Of a stretch of DNA of 64,000 bases, positions 37,603 to 48,400 are shown in pieces. The DNA lies in IMG/VR virus record IMGVR_UViG_3300021091_000014, positions 32,001-96,000 of that record. One strand, written 5' to 3'. The stretch comes from a virus. Made by a program: the position numbers and the translations under genes. Within the stretch, counting starts at the first letter, position 1; every line of letters starts with the position of its first letter. Below the pieces are notes generated by a model. That model had not been told where the DNA came from. It made no database searches and saw only the letters and a list, made by a program, of their open reading frames with translations.

Positions 37603-38706
37603 ATGCCAATACGTACAGAGCAAGACAATTTTAAAAATAATACTTCTCTTTCTGAGCAGTTTAGTAAAACATTCAGTAGCTCTGTACAAGAAGTTAATAG
37701 TGCAACTGACGGATTTTTAAAGTCATCTCCTACAAGCGTTGGACAGGCTCTTAATAATGTAAGCGCTATAGCCGGCGCGTTTGGTAGATTAGGTATGTCA
37801 GCTGTAGGGTCTGTATCCTCTGCTTTAGGTCAACTTGGTAGTCTTGGAACATATACTAAATTTAAAGATAATTTTGTCCCTCCATCTAAACTCAAAGATA
37901 GAACTCCTGAAGATGCTGTCAGGAGAAATAGGGATAGATTTAACGGCCAACTTAGCTTTCCAAATAACATCGGCGAATATTGGATATCTTTTGTATTTGA
38001 AGCTTATGAAAGAAAGGTACCTTTATCCTCAGCGAAAAGTTTACCTACACAGACAATAAATCTCCCCATTCCATCTAATTTGCAAGAGCAATTTGCAATG
38101 CAATATGCTGATAAGCAATTAGGAATTGCAGGCTTCTTAGAACAAAATATACCAACAGGTATTAATTTTTCTGATGCTAAGTCTGTTGGAGAGGCCGTAG
38201 GTAAAGCTACCTCTGAAACTTTTAAACAAGCTGGCAATATTCAAGGAGCTTTTTACCTTGGTAGATCTGTTGCTGGATTAAGTGATAGTGTGGGTAGTGC
38301 TGTTGATAAAGCAACAGGCACAATTTTGAATCCATTTCAATCCTTGGTATTTCAAGGCATAAATTTAAGAACTCATTCTTTTACATATAAATTTTCTCCT
38401 AACAATGAAACAGAAACAAAAACCCTTAAAGAAATTTTATATGAATTTAAAAGAAGAATGCACCCTCAAAAAGATAATTTACTTTTTACTTTTCCAGATA
38501 CAGTTAAAATATTTTTTGGTAAAGTAAACAGTGAGCCATACTTTTTTAAAAAATGTTTTTTAGAATCTATGTCTATTAATTATGCACCATCCGGAGTACC
38601 TGCCTTTTTTACACAAACATCTTCTCCTGTTGAAGTAGAATTTTCTTTATCGTTTAAAGAAATTGAACCAATGACGAGAGATGATATAGAGAAGAACGGA
38701 AAATAA
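37603..38706 (+). CDS. gp48: Baseplate tail-tube cap (T4 gp48-like)
   Basis: INLPIP, NPF...FQG...R.HSF.YKFSP, C.LE....NY.P, LSFKE. Confidence 0.8.
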   Translation: MPIRTEQDNFKNNTSLSEQFSKTFSSSVQEVNSATDGFLKSSPTSVGQALNNVSAIAGAFGRLGMSAVGSVSSALGQLGSLGTYTKFKDNFVPPSKLKDRTPEDAVRRNRDRFNGQLSFPNNIGEYWISFVFEAYERKVPLSSAKSLPTQTINLPIPSNLQEQFAMQYADKQLGIAGFLEQNIPTGINFSDAKSVGEAVGKATSETFKQAGNIQGAFYLGRSVAGLSDSVGSAVDKATGTILNPFQSLVFQGINLRTHSFTYKFSPNNETETKTLKEILYEFKRRMHPQKDNLLFTFPDTVKIFFGKVNSEPYFFKKCFLESMSINYAPSGVPAFFTQTSSPVEVEFSLSFKEIEPMTRDDIEKNGK

Positions 38707-38707
38707 A

Positions 38708-39577
38708 ATGGCACTGTACAATTATTTTAGCAAACTTGGAACCACGACCTATAATGGTGAGCTAGTTGTTGATATTATTAAAAACGTAAGGTTTAAAGAG
38801 TTTGTTAAGAAGAATGTTGTAACCTATTACCCTTATACAGTCAAAGAAGGGGAAAGAGCGGAAACAATAGCTTACAATTACTATGAAGATGAACGCTACG
38901 CCTGGGTAGTTTACTTAAGTAATAATATTATAGATCCATATCACCAATGGCCTCTTTCTGTAAAAGACTTTAGTAAGTTTATTATTGCAAAGTATGGATC
39001 TATTGAAACCGCTCAGCAAAAAATATCGTTTTATAGAAACAATTGGTATAATGATGATTCAATTTTAACCACAAGCGCTTACAGTGCACTTACTGGCAAC
39101 TTAAAAAAATACTGGAATCCTATTATTGGATATAGCGGAGAGATAGGTTCTTACGAGCGTAAAAAAGATGACAGCATTGTAGAAACAAATTTAGTATTAG
39201 ATATTAATGTAAATAGCTCGGATGATTTTATCGTTGGAGAAAGAGTAACTCAAAAAACATCCGGTGCAGTTACTGGTGCAGGATGGATAAAAGCAATTAA
39301 AGAAGGTGCTATTACTATTAATAATATCTCCGGGCAATTTAGCAACACTTCCGGATCAGTAGGTTCTATAGTAGGATCAACTTCAGAAATAAGCAGAACT
39401 GTTACTGAGGTTATAGAAACATATAGAGCTATTTTATTAATAGAGCAAGCATATTGGTCTCCAATTTCTTTTTATGATTATGAAGATGAATTAAATGAAT
39501 CTAAAAAACATATTAAACTTATTGATCGACAGTATATCCCAGTAATTGAAGATCAGATGACAGAATTGCTTTCATGA
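38708..39577 (+). CDS. gp53: Baseplate wedge subunit (T4 gp53-like)
   Basis: YF, GER.E.IA..YY, W...L.N.I.DP...WP, YEDELNE.K..I. Confidence 0.88.
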   Translation: MALYNYFSKLGTTTYNGELVVDIIKNVRFKEFVKKNVVTYYPYTVKEGERAETIAYNYYEDERYAWVVYLSNNIIDPYHQWPLSVKDFSKFIIAKYGSIETAQQKISFYRNNWYNDDSILTTSAYSALTGNLKKYWNPIIGYSGEIGSYERKKDDSIVETNLVLDINVNSSDDFIVGERVTQKTSGAVTGAGWIKAIKEGAITINNISGQFSNTSGSVGSIVGSTSEISRTVTEVIETYRAILLIEQAYWSPISFYDYEDELNESKKHIKLIDRQYIPVIEDQMTELLS

Positions 39578-40848
39578 CAAATAAAACGTACGAACCTGGT
39601 GATGTTAATATATTAAAGGTTACATTAAGAAAAAATGGCTCTGGCTCTCAAATTCCAGTAGACATTAGATCACAGATGCTTTCAATGTCTGTTTATGAAG
39701 ACATTGAAGAGCCGTCCATGCTTTTAGAACTAACAATGGTTGACTCTATCAACTTAGTTCAAGATTATCCTATTGTTGGAGAAGAAATTATATCAGTAAG
39801 CTTTTTTACTCCTGGTAGAGACAATCCTACCAAGCTAGACTTTTATGTTTATAATGTAGAGAGTACCGGTACAAGTCCTACTGCTAAAGGATCTATTTAC
39901 ATTCTTAAAGCTGTTTCGCCATGTCATTATTATAATGCAAGTGAGCTTATAGAGAAATCTTATAAAGATACTATTGATGAAATGGTTAAAGATATTTTGA
40001 AGACGACTCTTAGTAATAGCAGTGCAGGATCAAACAAATATACGGTTGAAAAAACTAAAGGTATACTTCCATTAACTGTTCCAAGATTAAAGCCATTTGA
40101 AGCAATTGATTTCTTAAGACAGAAAGCTATAAGTGCGGAGTTTGCTTCTGGAGGATCATTTGTATTTTTTGAGAATCAATTTGGACATCAATTTAAAAGC
40201 GTAGAAGCTCTTCTTAAAGAAGGTAAACAAGACATACAATCAAAAGTATTTACTTACGCTCCAGATACCATAAGTGATAAAGAGAGACAGCAATATGCAT
40301 TTAGAAATATTATTAGGTACACACACTTAGGTAAATTTGATTCAATTGAAAAAATTAATAGTGGGGTAGTTGTTAATACAGTTCAAGCTTTTGATATACT
40401 TACTAAACAAGTAGCAACAACAAAATTTAATTTATCTGAAAAAGCAAAGAGTTTTGTATCTACTGATAATAAAGGTCGATTACCTAACTCAACAGAATTT
40501 GTAGAAAAATACTCTAAATCAGCTTCTAAAAAATTCTTTATGGCTAAAGACAGCTCTAGAGGAGATGATTATATTGATACTAATTTAGGATCTAAATCAG
40601 CTTACGCCTCTTTATTAAATCAAAATGCCGTGCGTATTTTAATTTACGGAGACAGTTACTTAACAGCTGGTGACCTTATACAACTTGATCTACCCGAACT
40701 TTCTGGTACTACAGAAAAAAAAGTTAGTGATAGAAATAATTCTGGAAATTATTTAATTACTAAACTTAGACATATTTTAACAATGGAAGAAGGTGGTAAA
40801 CCAAAACATCAAATTTCTCTTGACTGCGTTAGAATGGGATACAAATGA
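39574..40848 (+). CDS. Baseplate hub protein (gp27-like)
   Basis: VYEDI, PIVGEE, FVFFEN, SGNYLITKLRH; between gp53 and gp5. Confidence 0.7.
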   Translation: MTNKTYEPGDVNILKVTLRKNGSGSQIPVDIRSQMLSMSVYEDIEEPSMLLELTMVDSINLVQDYPIVGEEIISVSFFTPGRDNPTKLDFYVYNVESTGTSPTAKGSIYILKAVSPCHYYNASELIEKSYKDTIDEMVKDILKTTLSNSSAGSNKYTVEKTKGILPLTVPRLKPFEAIDFLRQKAISAEFASGGSFVFFENQFGHQFKSVEALLKEGKQDIQSKVFTYAPDTISDKERQQYAFRNIIRYTHLGKFDSIEKINSGVVVNTVQAFDILTKQVATTKFNLSEKAKSFVSTDNKGRLPNSTEFVEKYSKSASKKFFMAKDSSRGDDYIDTNLGSKSAYASLLNQNAVRILIYGDSYLTAGDLIQLDLPELSGTTEKKVSDRNNSGNYLITKLRHILTMEEGGKPKHQISLDCVRMGYK

Positions 40849-41651
40849 CGACTAAAAATTTAGGTCAAGAAGGTATTGTTTGGTTTGTAGGCAAAGTTGA
40901 GGACAGACAAGATCCTTTAATGCTTGGAAGGGTAAAAGTCCGCGCTTACCATTTTCACACTGATAATAAATCGCTGATGCCTACTGACGAATTGCCTTGG
41001 GCATTAATTATGATGCCTCCTAATAATCCAAGTCACGATAAAGTTGGACTATCACCAAACGGGCTAACCGTAGGATCTACGGTTATAGGATTTTTTATGG
41101 ATGGGCATGATGCCAATCAGCCTGTAGTAATGGGTACCATTCATGGTATTCCAGATAATGATAAGTCAAAGCATGATGTGGCTGAACCTGCTCGTGAGAA
41201 TAACAATATAAGTAAAGAATACGATAGTAAAGAACCTAAGTCTGCCTATAAGGCGAAATACCCATATAATAAAGTTTTGAGAACTGAAGGCGGGCATGTA
41301 GTAGAAATAGATGACACACCAGGAGAAGAACGGCTACACATCTATCATAAATCTGGAACCTATACTGAAATTGATAAAGATGGTCGTAAAGTAGAAAAGG
41401 TAGTAGATAACGGCTTTGAAATAATCCTTAAAAATCAAACAGTACATATTAAAGGCAACTATGACGTGTTTGTAGATGGTGTTACAACGTTTACTTGCGA
41501 ACAGGTAAATATGACAGGTAATTTAAGAGTAGATAAAGATGTAAGTGTTGGCAAGGACGTCTTTACTGACGTTGGTGTTAGCCTTAACAAGCATACCCAT
41601 ACAGATACTCCTGGACTTGGTGCCGGAGTCACAACTCCTCCTAACAGATAA
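40845..41651 (+). CDS. gp5: Baseplate central spike (short gp5: OB fold + beta-helix, no lysozyme)
   Basis: WFVG.VEDR.DP..LGRVKVR, LPWA, GFFMDG, YPYN, GH..E.DDTPG.ER; C-terminal KHTH. Confidence 0.88.
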   Translation: MTTKNLGQEGIVWFVGKVEDRQDPLMLGRVKVRAYHFHTDNKSLMPTDELPWALIMMPPNNPSHDKVGLSPNGLTVGSTVIGFFMDGHDANQPVVMGTIHGIPDNDKSKHDVAEPARENNNISKEYDSKEPKSAYKAKYPYNKVLRTEGGHVVEIDDTPGEERLHIYHKSGTYTEIDKDGRKVEKVVDNGFEIILKNQTVHIKGNYDVFVDGVTTFTCEQVNMTGNLRVDKDVSVGKDVFTDVGVSLNKHTHTDTPGLGAGVTTPPNR

Positions 41652-42598
41652 TGGCAAATTATATAAACGAAAGTGGATTTGAGCTAGGCATTAATGGGCT
41701 TAGAATTGTTGATGACTCCGGAACAGTTAAATATAAACTGCCGATTAATGATGGAACTAACGGTCAAATTATAAAGACTGACGGGTCCGGTCAGCTTTCT
41801 TTTATTACACCTCAATCCCTAGTTGGATCAAAAGGTGAAAAAGGTGATAATGGTGTAAAGGGTGATCAAGGTACTGCAGCTTCCAAAGGGGATAAAGGTG
41901 ATAAAGGAGATAAAGGTGAAAAGGGAGCAGACGGCATTGGTACTAATGGGGCGCAAGGTGCCCAAGGCGCGCAAGGACCTCAAGGCGCAAAAGGAGAAAG
42001 AGTAAGCAGTGCATCCTATTCTGACAGCACTAATGTTATTACATTTACTAATTCTGACTCTTCTGTATTTACAGTATCAGGAGTAAAAGGACAGAAAGGT
42101 GATACTGGATCAAAAGGAGATAAAGGTGACAGTGGTTCAAAAGGAGATACAGGCCCACAAGGATCTCAAGGCGCTTTCTCAACTAATTCGGACGGACAAA
42201 TAAACTCTCTCGGTGTAGGAACAGCAGCATCTACCGTAACTGGTCAAATTAGAGCTACTAATAGCATTACAGCTTTTTATTCTGACGTTAGATTAAAAGA
42301 AAATATTCAGGAAATAGAAAACGCACTAGACAAAATTGAACAACTAAGAGGGGTTTTTTATAATCAAAATGTATTAGCTGAGAAGTTTGGTTACAATGAT
42401 TATAAAAGGCAAGTAGGTGTAATCGCACAGGATGTACAGAAAATATTGCCCGAGGCTGTAACAGGAGCTCCTTTTGATATTGATAAAGACGGCAATAGTA
42501 TTTCAGGTGAAAATTATTTAACCGTGTACTATGAAAAAATAATCCCACTTCTTATTCAGTGCATAAAAGAACTTAAACAATTAATAGACAATAGGTAA
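41651..42598 (+). CDS. Collagen-repeat fibre with a C-terminal peptidase S74 intramolecular chaperone
   Basis: G-X-Y blocks; SDVRLKENI, GVIAQDV...PEAV, LLIQ.IKEL. Confidence 0.85.
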   Translation: MANYINESGFELGINGLRIVDDSGTVKYKLPINDGTNGQIIKTDGSGQLSFITPQSLVGSKGEKGDNGVKGDQGTAASKGDKGDKGDKGEKGADGIGTNGAQGAQGAQGPQGAKGERVSSASYSDSTNVITFTNSDSSVFTVSGVKGQKGDTGSKGDKGDSGSKGDTGPQGSQGAFSTNSDGQINSLGVGTAASTVTGQIRATNSITAFYSDVRLKENIQEIENALDKIEQLRGVFYNQNVLAEKFGYNDYKRQVGVIAQDVQKILPEAVTGAPFDIDKDGNSISGENYLTVYYEKIIPLLIQCIKELKQLIDNR

Positions 42599-42601
42599 TA
42601 T

Positions 42602-43030
42602 ATGGCTACAGTAAAAAGAGCTGATAGATACACACCTTTAGAAGGCTCGTATACAATATATCAAGATTTATTTACTAAGATATTGTTTGAAAGAGATACA
42701 AAAGATGCTTCGTTAATTGAAAACGAGGACGCAGTTAAACAAGCTATAATCAATATTATTCTTACTAATGTAGGAGAAAGATTATATAATCCTACTTTCG
42801 GAAGTGAAATTAATAAAATGCTTTTTGAGAACGTTACTCCTCAAACTACATCTACGCTGATAAATTTAATTCGCAGCGCAATAGAAAACTATGAGCCAAG
42901 AGCTAATCTAATTGATGTGATTGCTTCTCCTCTACCGGATAATAACGCATATACTGTATCTATTGTTTTTAGCGTAATAAATAAAACTGAACCAGTGTAT
43001 CTAGAATTTTTACTTAACAGGGTAAGATAG
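42602..43030 (+). CDS. gp25: Baseplate wedge subunit (T4 gp25-like)
   Basis: AVKQAI.NI..T..GER...P.FGS, IENYEPR. Confidence 0.92.
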   Translation: MATVKRADRYTPLEGSYTIYQDLFTKILFERDTKDASLIENEDAVKQAIINIILTNVGERLYNPTFGSEINKMLFENVTPQTTSTLINLIRSAIENYEPRANLIDVIASPLPDNNAYTVSIVFSVINKTEPVYLEFLLNRVR

Positions 43031-44835
43031 TGGCAAATACTAATCTCAAACTTACAGGGTTAGATTTCAATGAGTTAAAAAATAACTTTAAAGAATTTTT
43101 AAAGCGATCTGACTCACCTTTTAAAGACGTTGATTACGAAGGCTCAAACATTAATCAGCTTCTTGACATATTTTCCTATAACACCTACTTGAATGCTTAC
43201 TATCTTAATATGTTAGCAAGCGAGATGTTTTTAGATACAGCCACACTAAAAGATAGTATTATTTCTCACGTTAAAGAATTAAATTATGTACCTAGATCAT
43301 ATAGATCAGCAGAAGCAAAAATTTCTTTTAGCATAACCCCTGCATCAGCTCTTGATAACTTATTAGTTCCTAAAGGTACCTCTTTTACTACTAAAATTGG
43401 ATCTAATAATTTTACCTTTACTACTGCAGACAATTTAGTTTTAGCTGCTAATTCAAGCGGTGCTTTTAACGCGTCAGAGATTACAGTTTACGAAGGTAAT
43501 TATGTAACTGACTCTTTTGTTTACTCTGCAGCCAACACATCACAAAGATTTGTAATTTCCAATCCTAACATTGATATTAGAAGCCTTTCCGTTTATGTTA
43601 TTGAGAACGAAGGTGCTAATACAATTACATATTCTAAAGCATCTTCGCTTTTAGACGGAACAGCCAATTCAAATATTTTCTTTCTACAGGCAGCTGAAAA
43701 TTCTCAATATGAAATAATTTTTGGAGACGGAGTCATAGGAAGAGTTCCTCAGAACGGCGCTACAATTATTTCTGAGTATAGAGTAAGCAATGGCGAGCTT
43801 CCTAACGGAGCTTCAAATTTTACTATTGACGGTACAATTCAAGGACAATCAAATATTTCTTCTATATCGACCTCACAAGCAGCAAAAGGAGGAGGAGTTA
43901 GCGAAAGTATAGACTCGATTAAATTTAACGCACCAAGAGCGTATCAGAATCAAGAGAGAGCAGTTACCGCTTTAGATTATGAAAATATTTTATTAGCAAA
44001 CTTTCCTGAAATAGAATCTGTTGCTGTGTTTGGTGGTGAGGAAGCTACCCCTCCACAATATGGAAGGGTTCTTATTTCTATTGATCTTAATACAGGGGAA
44101 GGCATACCTGATATTGATAAGAGAAGATTTTTGGATTTTATTAAATTAAGAGCTCCTATTGGATTAGAGCCTGTTATTGTTAGCCCAGAATTTCTTTATC
44201 TTGAAATTGACGTTACAGCCAGGTATAATACAAATGTTACCAAGCTAACCACTCAAGCAATAGAAGTTTTGATTAGAAGTTTGGTGAGTGAATATAACAT
44301 TGACAAGCTTAACGGGTTTAAAAAGACAATAAGAACAAGTAAACTTATAGAAAACATTAACAACTGCCATTCAAGTATTGTTGGAGTAGACACCCTAGTA
44401 GTTCCATTCTCCAGGTTATCAGTTATACCAACAGTTGCTTTTAACAAGACTATAAATTTAGGATTTTCTCTTAATAGATATTATAATCTTTCTACAGGTG
44501 TAGGAGAATACATTAGATCTAACGTTAAAGCTGTATATAGTTCAAAATTTACATTTAATGGCATACCATGCACCATACAAGATAACGGTAGTGGTGTGTT
44601 AGGAATTTACAGCTATAGTGATACAGCTGCTCATTCATTTGTTAAATCTATTGGAACAGTAGATTATGATACTGGCTCTATTGTTATTGATGGTTTAGTA
44701 GTAACAGCAATAGAAGGTAATTATTTAAATCTTCACTACAATCCTGTCTCAAAAGATATTGCTTCCACTAAAAATACAATTCTTCTTATTAAAGATTCTG
44801 ACGTCGAAGTTACAGCGGTACAAATTAAAGAATGA
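43030..44835 (+). CDS. gp6: Baseplate wedge subunit (T4 gp6-like)
   Basis: LDF..LK, DYEGS, EMFLDTA, Y.PRS, FGDGV.G, QERAVT..DY. Confidence 0.92.
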   Translation: MANTNLKLTGLDFNELKNNFKEFLKRSDSPFKDVDYEGSNINQLLDIFSYNTYLNAYYLNMLASEMFLDTATLKDSIISHVKELNYVPRSYRSAEAKISFSITPASALDNLLVPKGTSFTTKIGSNNFTFTTADNLVLAANSSGAFNASEITVYEGNYVTDSFVYSAANTSQRFVISNPNIDIRSLSVYVIENEGANTITYSKASSLLDGTANSNIFFLQAAENSQYEIIFGDGVIGRVPQNGATIISEYRVSNGELPNGASNFTIDGTIQGQSNISSISTSQAAKGGGVSESIDSIKFNAPRAYQNQERAVTALDYENILLANFPEIESVAVFGGEEATPPQYGRVLISIDLNTGEGIPDIDKRRFLDFIKLRAPIGLEPVIVSPEFLYLEIDVTARYNTNVTKLTTQAIEVLIRSLVSEYNIDKLNGFKKTIRTSKLIENINNCHSSIVGVDTLVVPFSRLSVIPTVAFNKTINLGFSLNRYYNLSTGVGEYIRSNVKAVYSSKFTFNGIPCTIQDNGSGVLGIYSYSDTAAHSFVKSIGTVDYDTGSIVIDGLVVTAIEGNYLNLHYNPVSKDIASTKNTILLIKDSDVEVTAVQIKE

Positions 44836-47800
44836 GTATAATAGAAAAAAATATCTCCTCACTAATTGAGTCACAGTTCCCAGAATTTTATAAGGAACAG
44901 GGACCTCTTTTTATTTTATTCGTTGAGGAATACTATAAATGGTTAGAGAGCAATGATCCTGATTATGCCACGTATTCAGATACAACCTTTGTTGGAAATC
45001 CTTTATATCATTCTAGAAGATTACAAGAGTATAGAAATATCGATCAAACGGTTGATGAATTTTACGTATACTTTAAAGAAAAATTTTTAAAAAACGTAGA
45101 AATTACCGCTCAGGTTTCTGAAGATAGACTAGTAAAGGCATCGAATGATCTTTACAAATCTAAAGGATCTGAAAGATCTTTAGATTTATTTTTTAAACTT
45201 CTCTACGGAACTAAAATAGAAATATACAATCCGGGAGAAGATATTTTAAAGCCATCAGACGGCACCTGGGTTATACCTCAATACCTAGAATTAACAGTAT
45301 CATCAAGAACAAAAAACTATGTTGGTAAACAAGTTACCGGTAGTATTTCTGGTGCAACAGCTTTCGTAGAATATATTATTACAAGAAATATTAATGGTAA
45401 AATAATTGACTATGCCTTCTTAAGCAATAAAAGCGGTACTTTTATTGCTAATGAATTATTATTAGATGAACCGTCTGTAGTTAATGCTCCTAAAATTTTA
45501 GGTTCTCTAACGAGTTTAGATACAACTCTAGGAGGGGAAGGCTTTGCCGTTGGTGAAACGGTAAAAATTATTTCATCTAATGGTGTCGAAGGCATAGCTC
45601 GTGTTACATCAATTGAATCAGTAACAGGGCTTGTTCAGTTTACATTAGTTGACGGAGGGTGGGGGTATTCAAATACTACTGCTGAGACTGTCATTAGCTC
45701 GGATGTGTTAAGAATTACTAACGTAACAAATGCTAATACTGAAATAACAACTTTTTTTAGAAATGAAATAGTAACCCAAGAACTATATGAATTTAGATTA
45801 AATAATGTTACTGGTAATTTTACCAAGAACAAAGAAATTTATAACGGCAACATCGCCGCGCCATCGGTATCAATAATTGCTGATGTTAGTCAAAATACCA
45901 CCACTGTTATAGGCAGTAGCAACACCGCAAACTTAATTATAAATTTGGTTGAAAATGATATTTTTTCAAACAACGTTTTGTATTTACCAGATCAGCAAAT
46001 AATTTTTGCCACCCTAGATTACTTTGCAATTGGAGACGAGGTTGTTCAATCTAACGGCACAGGTAATAACGTTACAGGTACTGTTAGTGCAATAGTTAGT
46101 TCAACAGCTATTTCTCCAAATACATCTACTATTGGTGCTAATGGTATTCATGTTGGAACTTATGTCATACAACCAGGTACCGGCGCAACCGGATATGTAA
46201 CTGCTATTCCAAGTCAAAATTATTTTACATATACAAACGTTAATGTGTTTACAGTAAGAGGAGGATCCGGCACATTTAATAATCTTTCCTCTATTTCTAA
46301 CTATACAGATTCAACCCAGACTACTCTGATTGGAACTTTTGATCCAAATATTATTTTGTTTGGATATGAATATACTATTTCTGATACATCAACTACAGGC
46401 ACTGATAAGTGGTCATATGCTAATACGATTGTTAAAGTAGGATCTCAAAGTGTTAATGCAGTCATTCATCTGGCATCAGATATTGGAGGTATAGTTCAAG
46501 CGTATACAAATGTATCAGCTAGTGCCAATCTTTTTGCATCTAATTCTACAGCAATTGGTATTACAAGTGTTACTGGAGATTTTTATGGCTCCGGTAACAC
46601 AATAATTATTGGACAGACCTCTAACACTCGAGCAAAAACTACATTACTTTTTACCGGGTTTGGAGCTGATTTTAATTTAGGTATTATTTCGGACGCCGAG
46701 ACAGTAAGACTATCTCCTGACTTAATTAGTAGTAATAATGATGGTCCAGGAGCTAATTCTGTTAAATTTACAGAAATGCTTATATCTGGCGCAAACTCAA
46801 CGTATAATAATTTAAACTCTGTTTATATTATGACCGGGGGATCTGGTTACGACAATACCAATATAGTTACTTTTTCTGGTGGTAATTCTGGTGCTGGTTC
46901 ATTTACAGCTGGCAACGCTTCTATCATAACAGATACTAGTGGAGTAATTGTAGCAGTAGGACTATCAGCTAACGTAGGTAATAAAATAGTATCTACTCCT
47001 TCTACATCAGTAGTCAATTCAACCGGCGGATCCACAGGAGTTGGTACCGGGGCTGAACTTATACCTGTATCTTCCCTTGGCTTTATAAAACAACCCGGTG
47101 GAGATATTACATATACAATTTTAGATCTTCTACGGTTTAATACTTTAACTATCGGGACAATATCATCACTTACTAATATTAACCCTGGAGAAAATTATAA
47201 CGTTAATCCTTTTGTATCTGTTTATGAGCCATACGTTGCTTCTTACGGTAGGAGAGATATAGTAATTGAGGTGGCTGATCTTACAGGACCTGGATTTGCT
47301 GTTGGTGAGTACGTTGAACAGACTATTAGTACCCCAGGAGTAGAGATTAAGTCTAACACCTTCTCAGGTAATTCAAGCAACGTTTATGAGGTTCAAGAGC
47401 AGGTTTACTCAACAGACGGAATAAATAACACCGCTACTGGATTTATTTACAGCGCATCTAAAGATAATACCACAGGCATTTATACAACTGTATTAGTGAG
47501 TAATACTGGTACGTGGCAAAATTCAGTTAACGTTAGTATTTTAACCGTGCTTTCTAATACTAATTTTGAACCAGGTAACGAAATTTTTCAAAGCACAACA
47601 GCCAATGGAATTTTAGTTGCATCTAACTCAACTACCCTTGTAGTAAGAAGTGTCGAAGGGACGTTTACATCAGGAGCTATTACTAGTAATGCAAGCCCCA
47701 CACCTGGTTCAACAACAGTAACAGCTGAAGCTAATACTAAAATTTTTAAACTTATTGGTGCTACTTCAAACGGTGCATCAGTGATAACAAATACATCACC

Positions 47801-48389
47801 CTATATAGCATCAGCTACTGCAAAAGCTACAGTAAAAATAAACGACAGTGATAAATTTTTAACCCTTAAAAGAGTAAGTTTATTCACAGAGTTTGTAGTT
47901 AGTAATACTGTCGTTGGAAAAACTACCGGTTCTACAGCTAATGTTGTATCAGTGTCTGCTGATCCTTCCTCTAACGTTATCGGTGATAATGCAATTGTGG
48001 TAGCTAACGTTGTTGCCACTCAAGGAACTATTTCTGGATTAGAAGTAACTGACTCAGGAACTGGTTACATTAACAACGAAGGAGTAAACGTTAGCTCGCT
48101 TGATGGTAGCAGATTTGCATCTGCTAAAGCAAACGTATCTACAAGTGGTATTGGAACAGGGTATTATTCCTCTACACGAAGCTTTTTAGACGACACTAAA
48201 TACATACAAGATGGTGAATATTATCAGAACTTCTCTTACGAAATACAGACATCAATACCAGTAGAAAAATATTTTGATACTCTTAAGCAAGTTCTACACG
48301 TTGCTGGCAAAAAAATGTATGGTAGAGTTCTTTTAGATATTGATGGCAATTTTAATATTATTTCCAATTCAAACATCACTATTACATAA
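44832..48389 (+). CDS. gp7: Baseplate wedge initiator (gp7-like)
   Basis: QFPEF, F...YYKWLE, Y.SKG...S...FFKLLY, LKPSDG; C-terminal IQDG.YYQ.FSY, LH.AG. Confidence 0.8.
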   Translation: MSIIEKNISSLIESQFPEFYKEQGPLFILFVEEYYKWLESNDPDYATYSDTTFVGNPLYHSRRLQEYRNIDQTVDEFYVYFKEKFLKNVEITAQVSEDRLVKASNDLYKSKGSERSLDLFFKLLYGTKIEIYNPGEDILKPSDGTWVIPQYLELTVSSRTKNYVGKQVTGSISGATAFVEYIITRNINGKIIDYAFLSNKSGTFIANELLLDEPSVVNAPKILGSLTSLDTTLGGEGFAVGETVKIISSNGVEGIARVTSIESVTGLVQFTLVDGGWGYSNTTAETVISSDVLRITNVTNANTEITTFFRNEIVTQELYEFRLNNVTGNFTKNKEIYNGNIAAPSVSIIADVSQNTTTVIGSSNTANLIINLVENDIFSNNVLYLPDQQIIFATLDYFAIGDEVVQSNGTGNNVTGTVSAIVSSTAISPNTSTIGANGIHVGTYVIQPGTGATGYVTAIPSQNYFTYTNVNVFTVRGGSGTFNNLSSISNYTDSTQTTLIGTFDPNIILFGYEYTISDTSTTGTDKWSYANTIVKVGSQSVNAVIHLASDIGGIVQAYTNVSASANLFASNSTAIGITSVTGDFYGSGNTIIIGQTSNTRAKTTLLFTGFGADFNLGIISDAETVRLSPDLISSNNDGPGANSVKFTEMLISGANSTYNNLNSVYIMTGGSGYDNTNIVTFSGGNSGAGSFTAGNASIITDTSGVIVAVGLSANVGNKIVSTPSTSVVNSTGGSTGVGTGAELIPVSSLGFIKQPGGDITYTILDLLRFNTLTIGTISSLTNINPGENYNVNPFVSVYEPYVASYGRRDIVIEVADLTGPGFAVGEYVEQTISTPGVEIKSNTFSGNSSNVYEVQEQVYSTDGINNTATGFIYSASKDNTTGIYTTVLVSNTGTWQNSVNVSILTVLSNTNFEPGNEIFQSTTANGILVASNSTTLVVRSVEGTFTSGAITSNASPTPGSTTVTAEANTKIFKLIGATSNGASVITNTSPYIASATAKATVKINDSDKFLTLKRVSLFTEFVVSNTVVGKTTGSTANVVSVSADPSSNVIGDNAIVVANVVATQGTISGLEVTDSGTGYINNEGVNVSSLDGSRFASAKANVSTSGIGTGYYSSTRSFLDDTKYIQDGEYYQNFSYEIQTSIPVEKYFDTLKQVLHVAGKKMYGRVLLDIDGNFNIISNSNITIT

Positions 48390-48400
48390 TAAATAATTGT

